Assembly: GCA_951406725.2 (NCBI GenBank)
Contig: OX597821.1
Span: forward strand, 102,320,001-102,382,000
Direction: 5' to 3'
Length of the DNA: 62,000 nt
Source: Octopus vulgaris
Lineage: Eukaryota
The notes beneath the pieces were generated by a model. That model was given only the letters and a program-made list of their open reading frames with translations. It did not search any database and had not been told where the DNA came from. The position numbers were made by a program, and so were the translations under genes. Position 1 is the first letter of the stretch; each line of letters begins with the position of its first letter. Below are positions 1 through 12,699 of this stretch, one piece after another.

Positions 1-2
1 AC

Positions 3-143
3 ATAGCACTGAAGAAAAGTATACAGTATCAGGTTAGGAAGAAGCTCAGTGTTGATTCATCCAACGAGTCGCTGATACTCAACAAGACTAATCATCTAGC
101 AGAGCACAAGAAAATTGTAAATCATCCGAAACCATTTCGATAA
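3..143 (+). CDS. Possible 3' end of a coding exon entering from the left edge
   Basis: Stop-free frame IALKKSIQYQVRKKLSVDSSNESLILNKTNHLAEHKKIVNHPKPFR*, followed by microsatellites and AATAAA (486). No homology recognised. Confidence 0.2.
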   Translation: MALKKSIQYQVRKKLSVDSSNESLILNKTNHLAEHKKIVNHPKPFR

Positions 144-189
144 TGAATGAATTCCTAACACATTTGCTACTTGAATAACTGTCCATTAC

Positions 190-480
190 ACACACATGCA
201 CACATGCACGTACACACACACACACCCACACACCTCTATATATATATATACATGTGTGTGTACACATATCTACCTACCTACCTACCTATCTATCTATCTA
301 TCTATATATATATATATATATATATACATGTGTGTGTACACATATCTACCTACCTACCTACCTACCTACCTACCTACCTATCTATCTATCTATATATATA
401 TATATATACATATATATACACACACACATATATATAAATATATATGTATGTATGTATGTATACATATGTATATATACTGA
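190..480. repeat. Compound microsatellite (CA/TA/CTAC/CTAT) with a 76-bp higher-order duplication
   Basis: CATGTGTGTGTACACATATCTACC at 251 and 327. Confidence 0.9.
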
Positions 481-1127
481 ATGTCAATAAATCAAGAAAA
501 ACAAATGTACATTGGTAGTCATCCAGAGCTATCCTTTATGGAGTAAGTGTATTTCAAAAGAATGTATATAGGAAAGGGATAGAAATCATCCTAGCAGTGA
601 CTGGTGAGATGCTAAATGGGCATTTCTGCTTGTACTTCAAGCCAACTGCATGCTTAGATGAAATCTATTGCCACAAATACAGGAAAACTGTGAATAAACA
701 GTCACTGATGTTGCAAATATTCTCCTGCCTGAATAAAAACCTGTTATATGCAACAGAATCACTATTGGATAAAAATAGATATGTATGTATCATACTTAAT
801 GTAAATACACAGTGAAAAGCAAATCTACTGGGGTATTCATCTGGAGATAATATCTATAATGGACGTGCAGTGTTTAAAAACACAATATATATCAGAGGTG
901 GACATAGATTGTCCTAGTAGTAGCTGAGAATGTTAGATGTGTATGTCTTCCTCATATGGCATTGTCAGTGGTATGTATTCTCAGCCAACTGATAACATGT
1001 ATGTACATTATTAAATAAAGTAATTTGACCACTCTTTTCCAATCCTCAGTGTCTCTTAGTGTGGGAGAGATTGTCCCCTGCTACATTACAAACACTGCAT
1101 TAGCACATTTTAAAGTGGTTTGTTACT

Positions 1128-1413
1128 CTTTTCAAGCCTAGTCAGGTTCATGGGCCCAGTTTCTGTGGTGTATGTGTTCCCCCCAGCTGGACAGGATGCC
1201 AGTCCATCGCAGCATTACTCAAGAAACAGGAAGAGAGAGTGAGAGAAAGATGTGGCGAAAGAGTACAACAGGGGTCACCCCTCCCCTGCCGGAGCCTCGT
1301 GGAGCTTTAGGTGTTTTCACTCAATAAACACACAACACCCGGTCTGAAAATCGAAACTGCAATCCTCCGACCGCGAGTCTGTTGCCCTAACCACTGGCCA
1401 ATTGCGCCTCCAC
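1128..1413 (-). mobile_element. tRNA-derived SINE family C (tail type 1)
   Basis: Head GTGGAGGCGCAATTGGCCAGTGGTTAGGGCA...GTTTCGATT; same head and body at 11210 (+) and about 19183 (-). Confidence 0.8.
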
Positions 1414-1414
1414 A

Positions 1415-2430
1415 TTGTAAAGTGGTAAACTGGTAGAATTGTTAGCATGCAGGGAAAAATGCTTAGGAGCATTTCATCCATCTTTACCTTCTGAGTTCAA
1501 ATTTTGCTGAGGTTGACTTTGCCTTTCATTCTTTTGGGGTCAATAAAATAAGTACCAGTTGAGTACAGGGATCGATGTAATTGACTTAACCCCTCCCCCG
1601 AAATTTCTGGCCTTGTGCCAAAATTTGAAACCAGTATTTCCTTATTGTTAGGCAGTGACCTGCAGAATCATTAGTGTTGGAGGAATCGTTAGAAAGGCAG
1701 TGAGCTGGCAGAAACGTTAGCACGCCGGGTGAAATGCTTAGCAGTATTTTGTCTGCTGATATGTTCTTGAGTTCAAATTCCACCGAGGTTGACTTTGCCT
1801 TTCATCCTTTCAGGGTTGATAAATTAAGTACCAGTGTTTCACTGGGGATCAATGTAATTGACTTAATCCCTTTATCTGTCCTTGTTTGTCCCCTCTGTGT
1901 GTAGCCCCTTGTGGGCAGTAAAGAAATAAGAATCATTAGTGTTGGGTGGAAAAAAAAAAACGTCCTTGTGGTATTTCTTCCAGCACTTTATGTTCTGAGT
2001 TCAAATCCTGACAAGGTCAATTTTATCTTTCATCTCTTCAAAATTGATAAATTCAGGAACAAGGAATAATGTAATTGTCTAAACCCCTCTCTCAAATTTG
2101 CTAACCTTGCACCTAAACCAGAAACAATATTTCACTACTATACCCCATCCAAAATATTTCATAATGGTTTAAAACTCACCTGTTTCATTTATAAGCATTT
2201 TTTGCTTCTATTGTACTTTGGACTGTGTTTTGACCTAACAAGAATTCAGCTGATGTCATGTTCACAGACTATATTTATGATATTAATATTTTAGATGTGG
2301 CTGGGGCTAACTTTGCCTTTCAACTTTGTAGGGTCGATAAAATAAGTACCAGTTGAGCACTGGGGGTCAATGTAATTGATTTATCCACTCCCCTGAAATT
2401 GCTGGCCTTGTACCAAAATTTGAAATCAAT
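1415..2430 (+). mobile_element. Cluster of family-B SINEs
   Basis: Four copies of differing age. Other copies at about 3300-3520, 36250-36425, 39960-40140, 40720-41040, 42930-43345, 44560-44880 and 53050-53260. Confidence 0.8.
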
Positions 2431-4211
2431 ATTTTAGATGAAACATTTTTACTCTATATAATCCATTATCTTTCAGCTTCCAAATTTTAAGAAAATTTCA
2501 CAAATAATATTTTTTTTCACCTTTTTTTTTTAAAGAAATAAGAACACATTAGATGACATAATCTGGAAGTACACGAAATAAAATCAAATAAATTTAATTT
2601 TACATACTGTTTAAATTGTTCTCTTTCTTCATGTGCCATGCAAACCTACAGATGTTTGGCAATCATGGAACTCCATACCATCTATTTCTGGAGGACACTG
2701 GTAAAGTCCTCCAAGTATCCTCCCTCACTCCCTGTTTTCATCCTTTTTGTTTCTCTGTTGTCACCATATGCTCAAGGTGTTTCTTGTCATATGGAATCCA
2801 ATAAATTGAGCCTCCTTGAGTTGTTGAGAAGTATAAAGACAAATCATGACTCTTCAGACTTTAAATATAAATAAATAAATAAATTGTGGTGTTAGCAGTG
2901 TTATGGGCTGTGATGAGCTATGTGGTGTTGGTGGAGAGGATGGTAGGTGAGGCAAAAGGGAAGTGAAGACTGCAGGGGCTGGTGGAAGAGTGAAAGGGGC
3001 ATGCATGGGTAGGAAGCATGTGTAGGGAGTTCGAGCAGAGATGGCAGAGAGGCAAGATGTGTTTAATTCGTGAGAGTGACCACTGATTCTGCCGAGGTCA
3101 ACAGGTAAGGCCTTTTGTATTTCTTTCTCCCGTTTACTTCTTTTTCTGTTGTCCTTTTCTTCCATCGCACCACATAAATATTGCATGGAACACTAAACGT
3201 TTTCATTAAAATTTCAACATGATACCCTGTAAAACCTTTGGTATTTTGTATTTAAAATCTGAATACTTAATGCATTATAGAATAAAGTATTATAATTATC
3301 TAAGAGGGTGAGCTGACAAAATTATTAGTACATTGAGCAAAACACTTAGCAGCATTTCTTCTGTATCATTATGTTCTGAATTCATATTCTACTGTGACCA
3401 ATTTTGTCTTTCATTCTTTCAAGTCAATAAAATGAGTATGAATTGAACACTGGGACTCATATAATCAACTAACCTCTCTAACTAAAATTGCTGATCTTGA
3501 TCCAAAATTGAAACCTTTATAGTTATCTACTTAATTAATGCATTATAACATTTTAATTAATGCTGCCTTATATAATCAGGTGATACTGTGGATTTCTAAA
3601 TTTGAAGATTCATTATTTCTTTCCAACATGAAAGTGGTCTGCAGATTCTTATCCTTTTTTTTCTTTTTAGCCCCTGCATGTGAAAAGGTTCCCCATCATA
3701 GATATAATGTAGTGGTTCTTAAAGGGACAATTACCAGGCCCACCACTAAGAAATTTTTAGTTCATCCTCCTGGTTAACAAGAAGGCATTTGCATCATTAT
3801 AATACTTCTTTTTTTTTTATAAAAATGAAGCTTATGTTCATATAATTCTTCTTTTTATGTCAAAGTGTTGAACAAGTTATAAAAAATTAAAACCCATCTT
3901 AATTTTATTGAGCATGGTAATGTGTCCATCATCCTTTTCAAACTTTTCTGATCTCTTCCCTAGGGATAGGAGTAACCCTCTTATAATGTATCCAGGATGA
4001 GAATGGAATTATAATATAAGACTAAAAAACAAGCGAATAAGTGAATCTCTCTCAGTGGTAGGTTACCGTTTTCCGAAGGATTAACAGGCAGTTTACAGTC
4101 GTAAAATAGTGAAAGTAAATTGTCCTTAGAAAATGAAAAATGTCTTTCAGGTAGAAACCGGAAGTGACAACAGAGACATCCCGTAATTTCAAATAAACAC
4201 TATGTAACTAA

Positions 4212-4468
4212 TATTTCGTTTTTGGATTTGGTTTGCAAGATTCTTTATATGAGTTCGTGTGTTGAAGCATATTCTGTTGTGTCTGGGGAGAGTCATTCTC
4301 TTTTAGTGCCTTATTATTTAATACACTCACCGGTAAAATTTCCACTTATTTCGTCTTTTTATTTTCCTAAAATTTTCGTTGCGTCTTGCAACCTTTTCAA
4401 TAGTCAAGTGGAAATTTTATCGGTGAGTGTTAAATAATAAGGCACTAAAAGAGAATGACTCTCCCCAG
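4212..4468. mobile_element. Interspersed repeat with about 66-bp hairpin arms and 13-bp flanking direct repeat
   Basis: Arms 4281-4347 and 4406-4470; ACTATGTAACTAA at 4199-4211 and 4469-4481; related decayed copy at about 32485-32910. Confidence 0.8.
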
Positions 4469-4580
4469 ACTATGTAACTAAAACGTAAATTTACATATAT
4501 TTAATGTAACTTGAAAACTGTACATATGTTTTATATAATATGCAAGCAATCACATTTACGGGAAAACATTTTATAATCTA

Positions 4581-5168
4581 CGTAAGGTGTACTAGCCATC
4601 TGAATGTGGCTAGCCACTGGGGGTGGGATGTTACTGATGCTTTTAGCCCCAGGCGATCAACGTCACCAGATGGACTTTAGACACAAAATTTCAGTGCCCT
4701 TGTGTTATTTGCAAAGAGAGGTCATCCCCCCTCGACGCCTGGGGCTAAAAGCATCAGTAACACCCCACCCCCAGTGGCTAGCCACATTCAGATGGCTAGT
4801 ACACCTTACGTTGTCGAGCGGTTACTGTTTATATCTCGTTCAGAGATTTTTTAATGCTTTCAGACAGTTTTTCTAAATCAGTGACAGTGGTTGCTGTGAA
4901 AAACGTTAAATATTATTTGCAAGGGGTCTCCTTCATCGAAAACCGGTGTTTACCATGCGTTGACGAGAGGCAATTACCTTGAAACTATAGTCCGTATGTA
5001 GCACTTAGGTTTTCGAGGGAGGATGACCTCCCTTTGCAAATAACACAAGGGCACTGAAATTTTGTGTCTAAAGTCCATCTGGTGACGTTGATCGCCTGGG
5101 GCTAAAAGCATCAGTAACACCCCCACCCCCAGTGGCTAGCCACATTCAGATGGCTAGTACACCTTACG
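4581..5168. mobile_element. Foldback/MITE with about 155-bp inverted arms and an extra internal right end
   Basis: 4581-4735 is the reverse complement of 5013-5168; 4736-4810 repeats 5093-5168. Confidence 0.85.
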
Positions 5169-5792
5169 TTATATTTTATAATCTATACTTAATAAACTTG
5201 GGAGTGAAATGAAAAAGAATCAGCTGGATAGCAAGTTATAATATTATTCATTCGCATTATTAAATGAATAAATACGCTCCCAAATAATAGCTACCATCCT
5301 AAGAGAATATTTCAGAAAATAAACCAAGAGATAAATAGCATAACTGCGACTAAATCTAATACTTCTCCATAAACACTGTGTACGTGTTGTTGGTGAGTAA
5401 TAAACAGCTAAAGGTTATTTTCCCCTCCTACTTTTCAATATTTAACTAGAAGTTTCATAAAGACACGGAGAATATTGTCTCATGTTTCAAACTCGTTACT
5501 GTAACTATAAGTAAACAGAATAAATCCTCTAAGTTTCACAGTCCTAGATGTTGATGTTTCACTTGTGAGCTGAGAAAAGACATATACGTTTACACGCAAT
5601 ATTAACGTTTTATCCTCGCCGCATATTTTCTTTTCCTTTTTTCTTTTTAATCTTTTGTCTTCACAAAGCATTTTCATAATTTTGTCCTAAACGTCCATAC
5701 TTGTTTTCAGACTTTTAGCTAGCCTTTGTGTAATGTGTTCTGAATAATATAAGGCTTTCGTTTCATAAATCCCAACTCACTCTGGTTAGGTA

Positions 5793-5824
<32 letters not shown>

Positions 5825-7559
5825 GTGGGGTGGTACAATGTGTCTCATAGATGATGCACCAGGGAAATATGTCCTGCGTATCGCATGTGATAGACAGGAC
5901 ACTTTTATTTTCTTGCAGATAGAACTTCGAAGGATTTAATGCCTAAAGAATTTTCTATTTCTCCTCACCAACGAATGTACAATTTTATAAATATACTTAT
6001 TGATTCTTTCATCACTATTTTGGTAAGTATGAAGGAAATTATGCTTCACTGATGAAGTCAGAATAAGACCCGTTCACATCTAGAGTTGTCTCCCCTGTAC
6101 TTGATTGAAAGTAAAAAAAAAACTATTAAAATTTGACCAATATGATTTTCTCGTGCATATATTATTTCTAGTTATCATTTTAATGCATGAAACATTAAAA
6201 AAAAAAAACGACACTAACTAGGATTATTTTAATTGTTTTATTTTCCATGTTAATTAACAATCCGATCGTTTATCTCAACAATTATTTTAGCTTTATTAGT
6301 TGCTATTTTGAAGCAGATTAATAGTTATCATTTATCACGTAGTAGATTCGCTCATAAAAATGTCTAAGATCTGGTATTTCAAGTGTCATGAGCCTCGGGG
6401 TTAATTTTTCATTTTCTATCATGATTTTTGCCGCCTACTTGTCTACACCAATATTCTCCTACCACTAATTTTGTTGAAAAAGCTCACTATAAGTTTGATC
6501 ACATATTTCGTAATCCATGGGGCAATTTTGTATGCAATCCATTGGGGCCAGAATCATTCCACGAATGAAGTTAATAGTCATCGTAGAAGAGGTCGGCTAA
6601 AAATGTCTCTATAACCACTGTAGGCGCATTACCCACTTGACAGCAGGTAAACAAGCTGGCTATACAGAGATAGAGGACGTTACACAACATTAAGGTTGAG
6701 ACACGTGACCTTATCTCTTCCTCTTTAGCACTGGGACCTCGAACTGTAAAGATGTAATCTAGTCTCTCTCAACAACCACCAGCTAGCAGATAGGAGCACA
6801 ACTCTGAAGGCCATGGCTTTACACACCAACCATTCTATTTATCATTCCATTGTATATACGTGTGGCCACAATAAACATGTTTAAGTTGCAACCTCGCTTG
6901 TATGTTTTTCATCCGGGTTACTACCAGCGAAATTACAGCCTTCTGAGAGTCATATTAGGTGGCTCATAACGACCTGCACCATCTAAACCGCCTTCACGCC
7001 ATCCGATGGCCTCCTGAGAAATTATACAGGATTAACAACCAATGAGTATAATGGAAAGCTTACACAACACATGCAGGGATAGAGAAAACTCCACCTTCTT
7101 GTTCTATTTCATCTAGAGGCTCTAGGACCAAGAAAACGATTTTCTCAGCAATAAATAAAACCTCATAAGTGAGATCCCTCCTTATTCACCTGGAGCTCGT
7201 GAATACTAACCCTACTTTCACAAGAAACTACTTATATCACACAGTCTACAGTGTCCATCCATAGGAATAGTGAGCTATCGTGTGGTTGCTATAAAAGAAA
7301 CGTCCTGTTAATGAACCGTGAGCCACTGGCCGTTAATACCGAGGAAAAAGCACTTTAATTCTAATTAGCTCTTATGCAATTTCAGGATAAATAATCCTTT
7401 CTTAATTGATACTACGTTGTGAGATCGACCCTGGGACCTTATGCTGGTGAAGGGAACTTCTTAACCATTTGGCCATGCCTGGACGCACGAACGTAATGAA
7501 TATATATATATAAGTAATTATTTTAATTTGCCCTTTTCGTCTATGCAGACGGTCAATTT

Positions 7560-8995
7560 AGCTTAGAGGTCACTTAATCGAACATATCAGGGGCTCCCTC
7601 TCTTGCAGCTTCTTGCTATGATTGAAGCACAGCTCCTGCCACAGTACTTGCATACCAAGAGGGTGGCTCGGCGCTCTGCATTTCTGTTGTTTTCCTTTCG
7701 CCGCTTCTCAACTTGTTTGTTTTTCTGTAGCTGCTCTCTAGCAGTTCCTTCCTTGACCACAGTCTTCCATGTTGTTCTGTCCTCAGCCCGCTCTTCCCAG
7801 GTGCTGACATCCAACTCACACTTGGACAAACTAGTTTTGCAAGTGTCCTTATACCTCAGTTTTGATCTTCCTCTTGGTCTCTTGCTCTGGGCCAGTTCTC
7901 CATAAAACAGTTGCTTCAGGATTCGATGGTCATCCATTCTGACATGCCCCAGCCACCCCAGTCTTCTCATACACAAGATAACTGTCATGCATTGAAGATT
8001 CGCCTGCGCCAGCACTTCAACATTGGTGACCTTGTCGCGCCATGTTAGGCCTCAGATCTTGCGGAGGCATCTGACATAGAAAATGCCGAGGCACCTTTCA
8101 TGTCTGCTGTACAAGGTTCATGTTTCAGATCCACAGAGAAGTGTGCTGAGAGCAGATGCTTCACAAATCCTCATCTTTGTCCTGATGTCTAATCTCTTGT
8201 TCTTCCATACTCGTTTTGTCAGCCTTCCCTACCCTGAGATTAATCTCATCATCAAGTGAAGTAATAGAGGAACTGGTAGACCCTAGACAGCAGAACCTGT
8301 CCACTTTCTCAAGCTCTTTGTCATCAAGCTTGATATGGCTTTTCACTGCGCCCTCCTGAGTGAGGATGACTGTCTTCTTTATACTGATGACCAAACCGAA
8401 GGCCTTGCATGCTGATGATAGGTGGTCCATCATTATTTGTAGAGTTAATTCACTGTGAGCAACAAGTGCCGCATCGTCGGCGAAGAGAAAGTCTCTTATT
8501 GTTGCTCTATTGATCTTAGTATTGGCCCAAAGTCTAGAAAGATCAAAGTGTGACCCATCAGTTCTCCAATAAAGGCAGACATCTCCTGGAAACTCTTGAA
8601 ATGCATACTGCAGCAATACAGCAAAGTAAATGCTGAAAAATATTGGTGCTAGGACATTACCTTGTTTTATTCCGCTGTTGATGTTGAAACTATCTGATAT
8701 TAAACTGTCAAACTGAATGGTGGCCTTCATGTCATCATGGAACGAAACAATGAGCTGCAGTAGTATTGGGGGACAGCCACATTTTCCAAGCACCATGTGC
8801 AGTCCTGATCTACTGACTGTATCAAATGCCTTTGTCAGATCGACAAATGTTCTTTATAGTGGTAATTGCTGCTCCCGGCATTTTTCTTGTAGTTGACGAA
8901 TGGAGACGATCATATCCATTGTTGAGCGGTTAGATCTAAAACAGCACTGGCTCTCTGGTAGCACTCTTTCTGCTAGCTTCTGAAGTCGTTTCAGA
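7560..8995 (-). mobile_element. RTE-clade (BovB-like) LINE, 5'-truncated, frameshifted reverse transcriptase (RT) relic
   Basis: FVDLTKAFD, GIKQGNVLAP, FLFADDAALVAH, RLGWLGHVRM..R..KQLFYGEL, RLRYKD-type motif and C-terminal CKYCGRSC, spread over broken frames. Confidence 0.92.
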
Positions 8996-9759
8996 ATTAT
9001 ATATACATATATATATGCATTTCTAGTCCTCATAAAGTCCTTGTACCGTTTTAAATATTAATAGCATTATATTCTACAATTAATATTTAGAAGCCGGATG
9101 GTTGATTAAATGAAAATGTAAATATCTGCATTATTCTGTTTGTCAAGATATGTGAGTGTTACGTTTTTAAGAAACTTAAAAACTATAGCACGAAATCGAA
9201 GACAACCGAACTCTAACATAAGGTTATGAATATCTATAATATACGCATCAAACTTAAATCAAGAATGTGGAATTTTCACGCGTTTCATTATTTGTTAGTA
9301 ATCAGCTTTGGCTGAGACACAACGATGTCAAAACATCAAGTGTCCCAAAGTCCTCTTACACTAATTAATCAAGCGTGTTATGAAAACACACTCGTCTGAA
9401 AGTTGTTCTCCACTGACGAAATACAACATCAATGTGCATATGTTCAAATCTGCTGGGATATATTAGGAATAAATATGGACGTCACCATTTTGATTCTCGT
9501 TGCTCAACTTGCACATGATGATTTGTATATGTATCTTCCGTCGTTAGACTGTAGCCATACTGGGGCACCACATTGAACAATCGATCATCAGGGCTTATCA
9601 TGTAAATGATGATACTTATTTTATCGCTCTCTATTTAAGACGGAACGTAAACACCAACACCGCTTTCCAAGCGGAGGTGAGGAACAAACACAAAGACACA
9701 TATTTAGCTCACCTATAAAGCTCTCTGCTTCATAGGCGACTCGCCAGACTCAAATGACC

Positions 9760-11030
9760 GGAGGTACATAACCTCTTTACAACTGGGGAGGGGGGAAGGA
9801 GGAAAGTATCATGGTCAGTGAATTTTGGAAACAAAGATTTCTAGAACTACTGGGTAAGGCGGATCGGTTCCATCTGTGTCATAATGACTTTCGAAGATGA
9901 TAGCGTCATCCTAGTCGATTTATGGAGAATTTTCTCTGATGAGGACATTGATTAAATACCTCTTTTTTGGATTAAAAAGGTTTCCAGGTCGAGTTTTTCA
10001 GGATCCTTGCTCTTTCGCCCAAGCAAAGCTTACGTTTGCTCCCGTTGAGGTACAAGTCCGGTAGTTCTCGGAGCCTCTATTTAATTATATATGGTATACC
10101 CTACTCTTTTAAATGCCATACATAGCTAGTCAGAGAGGTTATGGTATCCAAAAGGAGGACCTGTGGTTATTCAGATGCTGCTTGAACGAGTCGCCTCTGG
10201 AACCAACATATTTGAGTGTCTGTGCTGGTGGTGCTACAGCCGCTGCTGTTATTACTGGACGCGATCTTGGTGTCAGAGTTGCCACCACAGCCGGGCGCAT
10301 TGCTGGTACAGTTGGTATTGATGCTGCTTTTATTGGTGGATGTGTTGTTGCTAACGCTGCCGCTGTGGTCGCCAGCACCAGTTACCACCTTAGCCGCATA
10401 CACTATACCCTTGGAGCTCCATCGACCCCACCCCACTAGGAATTCATTGGAAATCCTACACGAACATCCTGCTTCTGTTCGTGGCTTAGGGATACTCACT
10501 AATATTCTTTTAACGCTGGGCGCACAACAAACGCCCGCATCTGTGTGAAGTGTTTGTCCACTAATCTAAGGAATATCCTTCCCACGCAAATCTTGACGTT
10601 AAGTGACAAAGGTGAGGCAACCTAAGCGATTTTACGGTAGCGCTTCCTTTTGTGGGTGCTAGGGCTCAGCATAAAGAAGATGCAGTCCTTTGAACCCACG
10701 GGATGCCAAAGCCTCGTTGTAATAGGAGGCTACGGTGTCGAAAATTTCTTGTCTGGAGGACAAGTTCGAAATTCTCTTGTTGATACTCTTCACTAGGTTC
10801 TTGAACACGACAGGTGGATGATAGGAGGCTGTGTTAATGCACGAGTTTTTCGTTTGGTTTGCGGTAGGGCCTATAAGAACAGGTATTCGGGTCCAACGTA
10901 ACGTCTAAGAAGTTGAGAATGGGTCCAATTGAGCTAAGGGTGCGAATTAGGTCCTTCCCAAGCCTATCAAGGGTATGTCCGTTAGCTTCTTCAGAGATGG
11001 CTAAAGCATCATCTCAGTATAGAACAAAAG
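9760..11030 (-). mobile_element. Penelope-like retroelement relic (RT thumb + GIY-YIG endonuclease), possibly Naiad-type
   Basis: Minus-strand fragments NFLDVTLDPNTCSYRPYRKPN, YHPPVVFKNLVKSINKRISNLSS, NVKICVGRIFLRLVDKHF, GCSCR, GIVYAAKV, KYVGS..SFKQHLNNHRSSF, SLTSYVWHLKE, with stops and frameshifts. Confidence 0.88.
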
Positions 11031-11158
11031 GTGTCCAGTATATACAAATCCTATAAGGTCGTAGACATCAAAGAGACGACCGGGTCAGTTTGTCTGACAC
11101 AAGCCAGATCTTTATTGAACAGCGTTTTCGTAGCATGCCTAATTACATGTATGTATAC

Positions 11159-11209
<51 letters not shown>

Positions 11210-11517
11210 GTGGAGGCGCAATGGCCTAGTGGTTAGGGCAGCAAACTTGCGGTTTCGATTCCCAGACTGGGCGTTTTGAGTGTTTATGAAGCGAAAACAC
11301 CTAAAAGCCCCACGAGGCGCCGACAGGGGGTGGTGGGGAACCCTGCTGTACTCTTCCACCCCAACTTTCTTCCTGTTTCTGTTGTACCTGTATTTCAAAG
11401 GGTCAGCCATGTCACAGTGTCATGCTGAATCTTCCACTTGCACGTTAATTTCACGAGCAGGCTGTTCCGTTGATCGGATCAACTGAAACTCTCGTTGTCG
11501 TAACTGACGGAGTGCCA
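11210..11517 (+). mobile_element. SINE family C head with family D tail
   Basis: 5' half matches 1213-1413; 3' half matches 36905-37087. Confidence 0.78.
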
Positions 11518-12100
11518 CGGTGTGTATGTATGTATATATATATATATATATATACAAGCTCTTATTACAACTATTTTATGGGGACATGTTCAACCACATT
11601 TACATAAATTCAAGAGCAATATTCAAAAGACAAAATCCTCGTCGTTGAATGGCGGAGATCCATAACCAACATACAGACGTATGTGTGTGTGTGTTGGTTA
11701 TGAAAGGGAGTGTGCGAGGTGACGTTTTAAATATGAAGATATACAAGGACTTCTACAGATCCTGTCTACCTAATTCCACTCAAGAGGTTTTCGTCGTCCT
11801 AATGTTGGGACATTAAGCAATTCCCAGCTGTCACACAATGAATTTGAACCCAAAACCACAAAACTGTGGGTTGGACTTCTTAACTACGTATCTACGATAG
11901 CAATCTCATAATATCCCCGTCACTCAAAGACAATGTGGCCTCAGAGGGAAGTTTGTGGAGTTCATACGTTCTACATTGATCTTAGCAAAACCAAAGTAAC
12001 AAGGTCGATCGGTCGGCTACAAATAGCAGCCAATCGTCCTCTTAAATCAAACATTACTGTCTCACCATTATTTAACATTCACTTTCTCGACGCTTGCATA

Positions 12101-12667
12101 CTCTTTTACTTGTTTCAGTCACTTGACTGCGGCCATGCTGGAGCACCGCCTTTAGTCGAGCAAATCGACCCCAAGACTTATTCTTTGTAAGCCTAGTACT
12201 TATTCTATCGGTCTCTTTTGCTGAACCGCTAAGTTACAGAACGTAAACACGCCAGCATCGGTTGTCAAGCGATGTTGGGGGGACAAACACATACACACAC
12301 ATATATATATATATATATTACATATATGCGACGGGCTTCTTTCAGCTTCCGTCTACCAAATCCACTCACAAGACTTTGGTCGGCCCGAGGCGAAAGTAGA
12401 AGTCACTTGCCCAAGGTGCCATGCAGTGGGACTGAACCCGGAACCATATGGCTGGTAAGCAAGCTACATACCACACAGCTACTCCTGCACATGGGTCAGA
12501 TGGAATTTAATGAGGCACATTTTCTACAATCAGATGCTCTTTCTGTTTCCAAATAGGGCAATATTTCCCCATAGCCAGACACGTTTTCCACAGAAGACTG
12601 GAAATGACTATTGCGTGTATGACCGCGATGGTCACTCACAGCCATCACATGGGTGTTAAGACATGGG

Positions 12668-12699
<32 letters not shown>

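Noticed and set aside
171-490. Overlapping Y/I/T-rich ORFs, and similar ORFs over SINEs throughout the window
   Set aside because: Translations of microsatellites and family-A/B SINEs; the same peptides recur at each copy.
5919-6022. Plus-strand exon-like segment with strong AG/GT and one open frame
   Set aside because: No homology or partner exons; the donor lies in the lead-in of a decayed hammerhead-type repeat.
6745-6937. TGTAA...TTACA segment with AATAAA, resembling a solo LTR
   Set aside because: No TSD and no second copy, primer-binding site or polypurine tract.
7410-7480. tRNA-like sequence, and other A/B-box heads in the window
   Set aside because: No complete cloverleaf; these are SINE heads, not tRNA genes.
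9725-9760. Possible hammerhead at the PLE 3' end (CTGGCGAG...TGAAG)
   Set aside because: Too many core mismatches and no convincing stems.
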